NCBI GenBank assembly: GCA_022605425.2
Contig: CM061253.1
Location: 310,001 to 374,000 of the forward strand
Origin: Hamiltosporidium tvaerminnensis FI-OER-3-3
Taxonomy: Eukaryota; Fungi; Microsporidia
Length of the DNA: 64,000 bases
Direction: 5' to 3'
The notes beneath the pieces were generated by a model. The model made no database searches and was not told where the DNA came from. It worked only from the letters and a program-made list of their open reading frames with translations. Positions 29,651 through 42,823 of this stretch are shown one piece after another (the stretch's first letter is position 1; each line of letters starts with the position of its first letter). A program made the translations under genes and the position numbers.

Positions 29651-32600
29651 GAATTAGATTTTATTTATTAATTGTGAAACACGTATAACATGTATTAAGT
29701 ACCTCCTTTATAATCATATTGAAATACAAATATGGTTCTGAAATTCTGTGTATATATTCTGAATACGTTGTTCATTCAAACGGCAGTGTTTCGTTTCAAG
29801 AAAGTCGAATCAAAATAAAAATATGACACCTTAAAGAGAAATTATACTGGTAATTTTAAATTCCTCTTTTTGACGTGAATGTATTTTTTGGTTTATTTCT
29901 ACGCTCATGTAGTATTTTCTTTTATTTGATATTTGTTTATCTATAGGCCTACGGTTTTTTGTTTTCGACTGTATTATTTTAGTAAATCTACCTCGCATTC
30001 ATAATGTTTTACTTTATAATTTATATCTAATTTCTATTTATATGTCTAGGATATATGAATTCTCGCGTTTAATCGTTTTTTTATTTACAATCTCTTCTAT
30101 TATCATGTTTAAGGTAAGATTAGCCATTGTTTATATTTAAAATACACATAGATTTTAGAAATTTACTTTTCAACTCAGATGCTATGGGTTTTTCAAAGCT
30201 TATTTTTAAAAAAATTGTTAGTTTTATTAGGTTTATTTATTTTAAAACAGAAGGTCTAAATCAAAGCTTATTTGAATAAATTATGTCTTTGCTGTAACCA
30301 TATTCTGGCTTGTCATTTCTGATAATATTTGTTTTACCGGGCAATAGTCTGAGCTTTAAAAATATCTTGCAAACTGAACTAAATAGCCATTTGGTTTTTT
30401 TTAAATATATTTAAGAGTGTGATATAGTGGAGAATCAAAAACAATTTTTTATTGAACTTCTATTTATCTTATAGATACTAATCGCTCCAGTTCCCATGGT
30501 TTACAAATAAAAAGACACTTTGGTCTAATGCCCTTTGAATCTTTCGATAGTTTGGTCTTTATCAATTAAATATAGTTTAGCTAATTTTGACTATATAATT
30601 TAAAGAAGATGGTAATAGTCTTCTTAAATGTAAAGCAAACCTTATATCTAGTACCGCTTCTTGCTCAAGTATTAAACATATTAAAAACGAACTAATATAC
30701 CAAACCTAGCTAAGCTGGAAATTTTGTATTTACCATGATATCATGCATTCGAAAAAAAACAAAAAATTCTAGCATACTAAAATAGGAAAATGAAAAGGAA
30801 TATTTCGCGACCATAGAAGGATCTTAAATAGGTTCGATATTTGATTTCATCTAAAAAATTCTATGATTTAAAGCTTTTAAGTATAAAATTTTTATGGATT
30901 AAAAGACTATATTGAATTATAAAAATAATCTTGAAAATATCGTAACTTTCGATTATATAGAAGCTTGATCATGCTGTAGAAAACGGTTGTATGTATGCAA
31001 GATACTTAATATGTAATTTGCGTATATCTATCAAAAAGCACCTGAATTATGTTTATTCGTATTTCTCATTTTACACTATAAATTAAACTTAACCAAATAA
31101 AATTAAAAATATTTGAAGTTGCTATATTTAGAATATATTGACTATAATTGATGAATTAATATTAATATCCTGGATGTTTACAATATTAAATATAGTACAT
31201 ATTTGTGTTTTTCTTGTATAATGTTAAAAAAAAATTAAAATGGGTAGTTAATAGTTTAGATCTGCGAGTTTATTCAAAGTTTCATAGATTTTTGTTTTAA
31301 AAAAAATTAGATAAGGCTGGAATAGGTACGGATAATTTGCTATTCTTTTATATAAGAGAACGGTATAAAAAAAATATTTCCAAAGATTGTTTACTTATAA
31401 AAGGTTTGGTATTCATCAAATTACTATTTTTTGCTTCGGTTGTCAATTTTTGCTTTTTATACAGTTTGTAAAACAAGAAAATGTGAAATCTCGAGATATG
31501 AGTATTATTCGAGCCATATCTTGCCTATATAATATATTTGAAAGCTTCGAAGTTTTGTTGTTATAATTCTAATAATAGCTGAAATTGAAATTTACATTTA
31601 ATCGTTACTATAATGCAATTATCTTTTAAAGGCTTTTTACATTTCTGCAGTATAAAATAGTTGTTTTTTTGTGTCAAGTCGTATTTGAGAATGTTTATAA
31701 AAAAATTCATTTTTAAAGCAGAATAATATAACAAACTCAAATGATATAAAAACAAACTTCTGTTGGGTTCGAAAAAAGAAAAGAGCCAAAATAAATTCAA
31801 GTTTTAAAATATAGTATATTTTATATTGAATCAAAAAAAATTGAGAAAATAAAAAGATTTTAATAAATATATTATCTACTGTTAAGTAAAATTATATTCT
31901 TGCTGTTTAGATTATCTAATGGTAATTTCTTTTACAAATTTTAAAATTTCTATTTAATTCATTTTACGTGAAGTGCATTTTCTAATATATTTGACTCGAA
32001 TATTATATGCATTTCAAAATAACTTGCAAATTTAAAAACAATATTTTCGCATTTCTTTTGTGTAAATAAAATTAAACAACTTTATTTAGTCACTAAAATC
32101 ATATAAAAGCCATATTTGTGTTATACCATTTAAAAAAGAGCAAATTGAGCTTAGTTCGAAAAAAAAGATCTAAAAGTTCGTATAAATAATTACATTTTAC
32201 TATTTTTAGCAACCAAAAAGTTTAATAGGCAAATAATATTTATTCGGCAAATGATTATTCTCAATTGAAAACATATTTTTTTTATATAATTTCGAAGTAA
32301 AATATGAAAAATCGAATTAAACACAAAGAGTGTAGATATAGAAAATTTAAAATGCGGTTAAAAGACTTAATAAGATTTTTTCTAATGCTTAAGTCTGGAT
32401 AAAAATATAATATTTAACGGTGGTTTATATTTGATAAGTAATTTTTAACCAGGTAAAATTATTGTAATTTACTGATATTCTAACTTTTACTTTATTAAAA
32501 TTTCACTAAACGGTCAATGTGCAAGAATAAAATATGTTTTAGTTCATTAAAAAACTATTCGAACTGTATAATTCGTCGCATGAATTTATTATTAGAAATC

Positions 32601-32878
32601 GATCATATGAAAAAAATATTGGAATTATTAATTATGTGCTGTCTAGACACATATTTTTGATTTGGAAGATATAAAATATTTATTGGTATAAAAACACGAT
32701 TTAAATTGGTTGGCTTTAGCGAGAAAATTTACTATATAGTTCATGCAATATTGAAGTAAAGAGCTAAAAACCGCAAAATATTTATTAGTAAATTCGAATG
32801 ACTAAGCATTTCTTTAAATTTAATATGTCTTTCACTTATATAAAAATTTAAATACATAAATTTATATCAATAATTGTT

Positions 32879-33612
32879 TGTGAAGGGAGGATAACCACAT
32901 AAAAAACTTTCTGCTTGGCAATAAATGTGTGAAACTGGTATGAGAATCATTGTTTGGATTTTTAGTGGGAATATAATAACACTACATCTTCGGTTGTTCT
33001 TTGGGAGTTTTTATGAGGAGGAGAGGTCTAAGAAATTGCGAAACGTTTTCTACAAATTTATTTGTAGTTTTTTATGTAACCAGATTGCAGACCGCATCTG
33101 AACATGTAGGTAATTGTCATGTAAAATCATGGAAACCTAGCCTTGCTCACTCGCATTAGAAAACTTGGCGCCTGGGAGATATAGAGATAAAAACCATTAG
33201 AAGCCGGGAAAACTAAGTAGCAGGTTATACCTGTTGGTATGACATTGCACTGTCTAGGTGGACCCCATGTAAATCTCTGAAATATATCTTAGCTAGAAGT
33301 TTATTGGGTTCAGAAAGTGTAGAGTAAGTGGGAATGCTGCATAGTCTTGGGGGAGTCCACTTAGGGGGGGCTTCGGCCTTCGATCACACTCCATGCAACG
33401 GACATTAACGAACTCCGGGCAACTGCCTCGCCTATTAATTAGGTTCTACACACCTGGTAGATGAAAGGCTTTGGGACGTAGGTATCGCAGGGGTTACTGA
33501 TGGAGTTTTGGGGTAGCAGTTATTTATGTATAACCTAGAACTGCGTTAATGTCATGAAAACAAATATAACACTTGCCACTATTTTAAAAAGATGTGATAC
33601 TTTTAAATAAAG
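32879..33612 (+). mobile_element. ~735-bp retroposon-like repeat, copy 3 (full length)
   Basis: Perfect 14-bp TSD TATCAATAATTGTT at 32865-32878 and 33613-33626. AATAAA at 33606-33611. Aligns end-to-end with copy 1. Confidence 0.92.
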
Positions 33613-36600
33613 TATCAATAATTGTTGTATCTTGAATTTCTAAACATATCAACAAAAAAGTCTTACTCACTTTGAAATTTTTTGATTTGAACACAGGTGG
33701 TCTATTAAAATAATTTATAATTATATTATTCGATATTTTAAAGCTGCCATAAGGTGTTTTTTTATAAACAAAGCATGAATGGGTGCTATTTTCGCTTGTC
33801 AAAGATGATACCTTTATTTATTTTGATTCTCTTGTTTTTTTATTAAACTATTGAGTTCGAATTTATACAAAAAAAATGCTTAAAAATAAAAAAAATTTAC
33901 TTTTAGATTTTTGTAAGATATTCTAAAAGTCTAGGAACTCGAAAATTAAAACGGGTTTATAAATAGAAATAAATTTTCATAAGATCATGATGTATTTCCG
34001 TTATTTACGTTTGGCATTATAGCATTTTTTAAATATGAATAATGTGTTTTGCTTGGGCATTACATTATATTTCTTTATTCCTTTATTTTTATATTCAAGC
34101 TTTATGAATTTTTCGAAAACAATATTTGGATTTTGATGTTTGAGCAAATGATTTTACAATGCAACCAAAAATATAGCTAATAATATGTAGATTTATGAAC
34201 ACTAATGCGATTTAAGCTTTAAAATATTAGTTTAGCTATGTTTAATAAACACATAAGATAAACTCTTTAATTATAATTATATAATTAAACTCTAATAAGA
34301 AACGCGTTGAATTTTAATATTGCCAAATATATATTTTAAATTATAAACTATTTCAAGTAAGACTTTAAGATTGACGAGAATCTTGTTTTGTTAGACGAAC
34401 TATTATGATAAATACTCTGAATAGCAAAGCTTTCTTAAAAAAATGTATAATAATCTATATGAGAACTGCAATGTGTTCTATTTTATTTACACATGAAATT
34501 TTTACATATATTAAAGAAAATAAAAGAGATTATTCATCCATTTCTGATAGTTTGTTTATATATTAATTAATATAATAAGTCTAAACAGCACTTGTTTTTT
34601 CTACGTAACTAGACATAATAATTCGTATGGAAAAAATTAAGATCTTCCAGACAATTCTATTCGCAGTAAATGAATAGAAAAATTAGATGTTGCATTTAGC
34701 AAAATATTTAAAACAAAAAAATACAATTATTATCTTGTTCTATAGTTAGGAAACATGACTTATGTGCTTTTTATTTAGAAATGTAATGAATCGATTGTAT
34801 GAAAAATGACCACTAGAAAATCATGTGAGAAGTGTGAATAGGATGTATTTAGAATTATTATATATTCATTTTTTTACCAAAGATATTTATATAACGCAAA
34901 CTAAATTTCTTTTTTTATTGTATAATTTTGCGTATCTAACGACTTAAACTATAAATCCACCTCAAAAAATATTTTACAAACTGTAAAATATAATTATCCG
35001 TATTAAAAAATAAGCTTCATTGTGTGTAAGTGTAATAGTTAAGTTCTCAAACCATTTAGTTCGTAACTATAACTTTAAATAAAAGGTTAATCCACGTCTT
35101 TTTCTTTTCGCTATTATGTAGCATAAACGTTGACTTTTTGATTCAAAGTATATTAAAGCAATAAATTAAATGTATAATGTATGTATTCGGATACAATAAT
35201 GGGAAAGAAGTATTTTAAAACATTTGTTTTTTGCTAAATGTTTGTAGCTCTTCAAAATTTTTCAGATAAATCTATTTTCTACCTAGCAACCACATATTTC
35301 GAAAAGATTTCAATATCTATAAAAAACGCAGTAGTTTTTATATTTTTTGTTTGGAGAATTCAAATTATAAAGTCTTTAATAATCAAACAAGTTATCTTTA
35401 GAGTATAATTCTTAAAAGAATTATTTCATAATAGTTTAAGAAATAGGTTTTAATGATGGAGGCAATAATATAATTGCTTAACAAAGCGATTTTTAACTAA
35501 AAGATTCATCAAGCATACTGTGATGAGTCTAAAATCTTCGATTTTTTATAAACGCTTTAAATTTATTGTTATTTGATCTATAAATTCTAGTAGTTATGAT
35601 AAAACTGATTTTTATTTTCCAACATCAGAGTCTATGAATTATTTAAAACATTAAATAAATTCACATTTTGAAGATTGCAACAAATGTTGCTCTTGTATTT
35701 TGATATTTCGAATAAAGAATTTAAATTTATTTTTTTCAAAAAAAAATGTCGATCTACAAGAAATCTTATTAATAAAAATAATATGATAGATTTGAATTTA
35801 TTCATACTACTCTAAATAACTACTTTAATTGAAGTATATTTAATTCGAAAAAAATCAAATATTCTAGTTAAAAGTATTAATAGTGAAATAAACACCTATT
35901 AAATATATGCCAACATTCCACACATAGTTTTCTCATACAACACTACATGATATTTTACATAAGACGAATTCAGGGTTTTAGTTTGTTTACGTAGTTCCAT
36001 TTCAAAATTCTTTTCTGTTTTAAATTAGAATACTAGTATAACAAATCCAACTGGAAAACAGTGTATATCACGAATAACTTGATTTAATTCATTTCTGAAA
36101 AGAATCTTTGTTTAAATACGCTACTGACTTTATAATTGTATGAGTTCTCTTATTACGTTGAATGATTTAAAACTAAAATATGAAGATTCTTTTCCCGAAT
36201 AACCTATCTATTGAAAAAGATAATATATTATTTTTGGAATCAACAAAATAGATTTGTAATCAACTCTTAATAAAACATGTACTACCTGTTAAATTTTGCA
36301 GAAATATATATTTATAAAGTTGTGGAGAGTAGATATAGCGAACAAAAAAAATAATGAATAGAACTATATAAAAATGTGAAAAAGGAAAATACTTAAGTAA
36401 ATCTAGAACTCATTGTTTTTGGCAAAAGATAAGTAGAATCACAGAACTTTCGTATTATTAGCCGCGAATATATATAGCATACCGGAAATAAAAACAGAAA
36501 AAAAGCAGAATTCTCAAAAAATTATTTGGAATTATTTGTAGTAAATTGCTCTGTTCCTCTTTTCCAAAAAAATAGGAATGCTTATCAGCTTCGTGTAGTA

Positions 36601-39600
36601 TAAACTTAATATGTTTTTTTGGAATAAAGTTTTATCTTTTTTAGCTTTGATGCGTTCTTTTTTAGATTCTCTCAACTTTTCATATTAAATTACGCACTTT
36701 CCTGGGTATTTTCATATTTATGTCTGTTGCTTTTAATATATAAATAATTTTATACGGGAAGATTAGTAGAGTAAAAAGCTTCTTGATAAGAACGTACGAG
36801 TCCACCGCGTTTTAGAGCTTTGTTATTTTTTCTTGGCATATTTAGTCGCTTATTTTGGATTTGGTTTTTTGTAGCGTTTTTAAGAGAATATTTTATGCTT
36901 TCAAAACTAAAAAATGCCAAGCATTAAGTCAAAGTGAGAAAGCTAGAAAGGTAATATAGAACTTAAAAATATGCGTAGGAATTGAGTAATAATAAATAAA
37001 TTTTCAAATTTTTGGTTTTCTCAAATTTTATTTAAAAATAGGTTTTATATTCTTGCTATTGATATAAAGTATATTTTTTTTTTTTAAAAAAATCTGATGT
37101 TCAAAAAAAGGAATAAATATAGATTTTATAGATCTTTTTATAATATAGAGCTAAAATTTTTGCCAAATCTAGCTTAAACTCTTAATATAATTCACCCAAA
37201 AGAAGAATGTAAAGATTATCTAAAAATACAGAAGAACCGATCTTTCTAAGCACTGAGATACGGAAATATTTACTCTGTAGAGTATGAGTCAATATTGACA
37301 AAAATTGAAATTTGGCATGCTTAAGGTAACCAAAATTTTCGGAGATAACAGGGATTATCTAATTTACCTTGCGAATGTATTCTAATTTATGTTTTCGTGC
37401 GGTTTTAAATTTTAGATAGGAATTAGCGCATATATCTTTTTGAAATACTGGTTTTTCATATTTTTAATATTCATTAAAAGTTTTAAATGTACTTCTCATT
37501 GAAGCATTTTTTAAATGAGTTGCGAATATTGTCTAAAGTGTTCTATCAAGAACTTTGTGAAATATTTTTACGTTATAGTTTACAGAATTACTTAATTTTG
37601 GATTTTGAAAATAGTTGATAAATATTCTTGATTTATTTGGATTTACAGTGACTGTATCATTTTTAAAGCATGGGAGCAGCTTAAGCATCCAATAAAAAAT
37701 GAAATATGCTATCGCAATAATATAGAAAGATTTATTTGTCAACTATTGTTTTAGCTATGCCAAAATTGTTCTTATACAAGATAATGTAGAATTTGATACG
37801 ATTTCTCATTAATAGTATAGCCAGTCTAGATGATTTACTAAAAAAATTATTAAATAAATACAAAAGCGAACATGTCAAGAAACCAATCTTTCATTCTCAG
37901 ATATGCTTTATGGCATAATCATGTCAGTATGGGTTTGCTCTGTTACTATTTACAATACATTTATATTTTAGCAACGATTTGTTAGTAACATAAAATATTG
38001 TAAGTATTTCAATGGAAAATAGAAAATTTTTTTTTTGCGAGTTCTAGGGTCTTTAGAATCACTTCCGCACGTTTGGCTTTTTCTAAACTCTTGGCATCGG
38101 AACGAAATATACAATGCGAAATCGTCATTAAGCATTTCTTGGAATGTTATCTGTATTTTTTATACAATATATTTTTGGCGAATAGATTATAAACAAGTTA
38201 AATTGCAAATCTTCTTGATCAAAAATACTATATTTTTACTAATTTTATATCCAAAGAACACGCCTTTCCTGCGAATAAAGTTTTTTAATTTACTTAAAAT
38301 AATATTATTTTTACATCTGTTTAAACTAAAACAGAATTTTTATTGAAATTACAAAAAAAATTGAGAAAACAAAAGAGCAATTGTTTGAACCAAAAAGAAG
38401 TCGAATATATTAGTTTAACTGCATATCAAAAAATAATTAGATTTTTATGTCTTAAAGGAGTATTTTTATATTTTGCTTTGATTTTTAATGCAATTTTTTT
38501 ATGTTTTAAGCAGATAAAAAAAGTTTGATTGGTATATTAATAAAATAGCCTATGGCTATATTTTGCAATATTTTAGTCGTATGAAGAATTTTAGAATCTA
38601 ATACAGGAATATTATAGCATTATATCATTCTGAATATGGGTAAACTTAGTATTTTTGATCAATTTTTAATATATTTATGTTAAGTAACGTTTTATTTATA
38701 TTTCAAGGTCCGTTTTATACTTTCGTTGTATAACTATTTTTTTAGGCATGCTCTGGGATCTTGCGAAAGAATAATTTCGATTGTTGGGTTTTATAGGTGT
38801 TTTTTGCTCACGAACTTATTTGCTGCTTTATAATTGCTTAAATCAAATTCAACCAGAAAACCTTCTTCTTTTCTATAGTATTTAGTCTAATGTATTAGTA
38901 ATTGTAATTTTGCACGGAAACTTTATTTATATATTTTATTTTATTGTAAATCTTTTGATTAATCGTTGCATAGATTAAAATTATAAATTTGAACCTACAT
39001 TAGTAGCGTGACAATACTATTTTTCGTTTTTTTATTTTATTTAAGCTATATAGAATGTCTTTAATTCGAACAGGTTTTTAATATATTTTGGCGCGTATGA
39101 TAAAAATCCCAAGTTTTCTTAAAATTATTGCATTTAATCTTAGTTCTATTTTTTTCAAAAGTTAATAAAATTCAAATACATTTTTAGGCAAAAACTTTGG
39201 TTGGTAAAACAATATTTTTTGAAATAAAATAAGACTCTTTGATATATCAAATTAAGGTTTTCATAATAATTTTTTATTTATTTTTGAATGTTCTTTCATC
39301 TTTTATAATCTAACTTTTATTATATTTTTTCTTGGCTTCTTTCAATGGTAATAAACGTGTCTTATTATATTTAAAAGCTTTGACTTTCAAAAAAAACACT
39401 ATTTGTATAATTAAATTTATAAAAAAAATAACTATAGAATGATCAAATGGTAACGTCCACATTCAAATATTTTTTTTAACATTTATCAAATGTAAAGAAG
39501 TTTTTGTTAATTCAATTTTTTAATATTCTCTAACTATTTACTATGAAAATATTACTTTTATTGAAATTATATACACTAGCAATCGAATAACCAATCGATT

Positions 39601-41499
39601 TATGACTAGTAAGTTGTTTATAAATATAATTCTCAGAGTTTGTATAAAAATTAAATAACTATTTTTACTCGAATAACGATTATTATTACAATTTCTTATA
39701 AATATAACAAAAAATAGGCACTTGGCAATATTTTACACAAGCTTGTGGTTTATATACTTTGTGCATCTATTATATAGTAAAACAATTTTTAATATATTTT
39801 ACATTTTGACAAGTCATATGGTGTGCAAAATTAAAATTTATTCTATGGAAATTTCAAAAGGAAACTCATCATTAGCTAATAAAGTTCTATTATGCCATAG
39901 AATAGTTCAGATGATTCTATCGATCAAGAAGTATTGTGCCCGTAAATAATAAAATAAAAAAATAATTATATGAATCATGATGAACATTGCTAGGATGTTT
40001 AAGTCTAAATAAATTTAATGACGGTTGGAATACAATTGAAAGTTTAGAATTACTAAAATAATTTATTTGGCGTCTGAATCTCTGTAAAACGGCGGATATT
40101 CAAGTGTAAGACAATCTCTCCCAAATATATAAGTAAATAGTGAGATAATTTTCGATTTTAATATGACTATAGAGAACCTTTATTGGGTAAATATAAGTGT
40201 ATATCAAACACGATTTTTTATGATAAAGCTTGATTATTTTAACTGCTTTTTTGTGGATATGAAACTTATGATTTTAAATGTAATTAAAACGAGAGTAAAG
40301 AAATTTTTAGTATCTGACTAAATAATAACAAAAAAAATTAAGTTTTAAAATAAATTTAAAGTGTTTTGCTTTTAATATTCCTTCATAGTCTAAACAATAA
40401 ATCAAATTCAAATTATTTACCTAATTTGAATAATCCATTGTAAAAAACAAAATTTCAAATTCTATGCTCAATTTTTATTGTAAATCAGCACTGAAATTTT
40501 TATCGTATCTTAGATTGACTAATATCAAAGTATAGGACATAGTGGCATTAGAAAGCCGAAAATTTGGTAAAAAGAGCATCATGTTTAAACTTATTATTTT
40601 TCTAAGCTCTTATTTTGCATTTTTATTAGATGAAGCGATATATTTTGTTGTTAACTAGAAAGTCTCTGAGTTTGCAAAATAATAACAGTTTCGATCATTT
40701 TGGAGCTTCGATATCCTAGTAATAAACTACGGTCATATATAATAACGAAAAAATAAATCGAGTGAATTTAAACAAAAGCTTTGAGGAATGAAAGAATGTC
40801 TGGCGCTATAAAAACATAAAAGCTTGTAAAATCAAAAAAATATGCTGCACGACCGGAAACAAGAGAAAACGGAATTCATAAACGAACTCTTTTTGCATGC
40901 CAACAATTTAAAATATACTTTTTATTCTATGATAGGATTCAAAAAGCCGATATAATTTGAATCTGAAAAAACGCGTTTTATTGTTTTCTTTTTTTGTAAC
41001 CTAGCATATATTTGCTTTTTATTTCATAGAATATTTATGGTTAGGTGTTTTAAATCAATGATTAATATAAATAATATTGTTGTTTATCTTCTTAGGTATT
41101 TGAATGTTAAGCAAAAGCAGAAAAGATACCATATATATACATATATACAATATCAAAAGAGGGAAGAGCAAATAAATTACAAGATATATAAATGAAAATG
41201 TTATAATGATTTTCTTGGTACAATTCTCACCTTTTAAATTGGAAATGATAATTTTTTTGATTTATTAAAAATAACATTTAATTTTTTGCTTTTCTATTCA
41301 TTTTCTTGATTTCTATGTAATTTTATAAAACAGTAGGTATTGATCAAGACTGTACCCGTGCTCAAAATATAATTAGCCCGCCTTTAATAAAATTATTCCT
41401 ATTTAAATATGAATATTTTTAACGAATATTACATTAAATTTTGATCTCAGCAAACAGACTAATGAAAGCAAATATTATTATTTTCGATTTGGTAATTCA

Positions 41500-42300
41500 C
41501 ACATTTTTAACAATTTAAAATAAAGTTATATTAAAATTGAGAATAATAACAAGTTTTAATATAATTTATGATTTATTTAAGGAGTCAAATTATAGTAGCA
41601 ATAAATCAAGCATCTATCTTTATTCGTGCCAGAAACAATAGTCTTAGATATTAATTGGTTCATCTGGTAAAGCACTCATATATGTACTGTGGGCTGTTTC
41701 GAATAGCCTGAAACAACCCCTGGTCGTTACTTTGTGATTCTAGTTTCATACAAAGTTGGATTCGGTGTGTATTTGATCAGAATAAAAAATAGATATATAC
41801 ATTAACTTTGCTCAAACAAAGCTTTTTCTGCCATGCAAAAAACCACTGTAAATATCAAAGATCTGTGAACAAAAATTTTTAAAATCAAAAAGAGAATCTT
41901 AAAATCATAACTGATTTAAAAAACAAGGAGATATGGTGTGACTTATGTGATCTTCATGATCAGGGATACCAGTTTTGAACTCAAAAGACAGGTAAGTTTG
42001 AAATGGTTGAATGATTTAAATATTATTTGAGTAATACTTGACCAATCTTAACATGGGAAGTAAAATGATAGAACCTAGGAACTATTTAAAATTAGATAGA
42101 TTATTAGGCTAAAACTTTCTAGATATTCAATTTGTAATAGTGTTTTTAATAAACTACATTACGAAATCATTAACTTTTAGTGCATCTTAAATCATACGAT
42201 CGTAAATCTTAAAAACTGAAAATTTTTATGTTCATTGTATAGGAGGATGGGAATTTGATTCAAAAGACGAAATTTGCTATTTATTTTTTTCAATAAATAT
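41500..42300 (+). pseudogene. Very decayed rve integrase relic
   Basis: RYGV.../LHDQGYQF near 41930-41980 resembles FGVP..LHSDQG..F. It is followed by a T-rich tract like the one in the 1003-2723 element. Boundaries approximate. Confidence 0.35.
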
Positions 42301-42550
42301 TTTAGTTATCTTTCGAACATTATAACTTTTTAAAAACTGCTAAAAATTATAATATTTAATATGCGTTATTCTTTCGATATTTTTTTTTCATTCTACTCTC
42401 CATTTTATTTCATCCAGTTTTTATGTTTGAGCCTTATTTATATTTTGTTTTAATGTTATTATTTCGGTCGTTTTATTCCTCTCTGATTATAATCTTATAA
42501 TTCCTTTAAATATAAGCATCCATTTTTTTATAAAAAAATAAAAATTTATA

Positions 42551-42554
42551 CCCC
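42551..42554 (+). promoter_or_regulatory. CCC-like motif immediately upstream of the U5 snRNA
   Basis: CCCC after an A/T-rich tract, directly before the first U5 stem. CCC-like motifs are established marks of microsporidian transcription/translation starts. Confidence 0.5.
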
Positions 42555-42662
42555 TTGATCTGCCATTTGCAGTCGTATAAAACATTTGTCTTTTCCTTAT
42601 GTTTTCCGTGCATTTGGCCAAGTACGATCAAAATAATTTTTGGGATTTTGGTCGAAAGACCA
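42555..42662 (+). ncRNA. U5: U5 spliceosomal snRNA with variant loop I
   Basis: Full U5 architecture. Stems: TTGATC/GATCAA (42555-60/42626-31), GCCA-tt-TGCA/TGCA-tt-TGGC, internal loop GTCGTAT/CCG, AAAACAT/ATGTTTT (42579-85/42599-605). Loop TTGTCTTTTCCTT, Sm site AATTTTTGG (42635-43), 3' hairpin TGGTC-GAAA-GACCA. Core CAGTCGTATAAAACATTTGTCTTTTCCTTATGTTTTCCGTG aligns to canonical CAGATCGCATAAATCTTTCGCCTTTTACTAAAGATTTCCGTG. Confidence 0.88.
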
Positions 42663-42823
42663 TTTATTTAAAATATTTTATTTAATTTCTTTTTCTTTGC
42701 AAATAAGATGACTTTTGTATTCAAATCTAATTTTTTATTTTCTTTAAAAATGTCTAAATGAGTTATAAAATATTCGTAAATATTATGAAAAAGTAATAAA
42801 ATTTTATTTTTAATAAAAAATAC

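Noticed and set aside
32926-33100. ~58-codon ORF (MCETGMRIIVW...) in the 735-bp repeat, plus ORFs 46657-47007 and 58752-58985
   Set aside because: Frames are not preserved between copies (indels and stops), so the family is treated as non-coding.
33490-33520. CTGATGG as a possible hammerhead ribozyme core in the 735-bp repeat
   Set aside because: It is not CUGANGA, is not conserved in other copies, and has no matching GAAA/stem arrangement.
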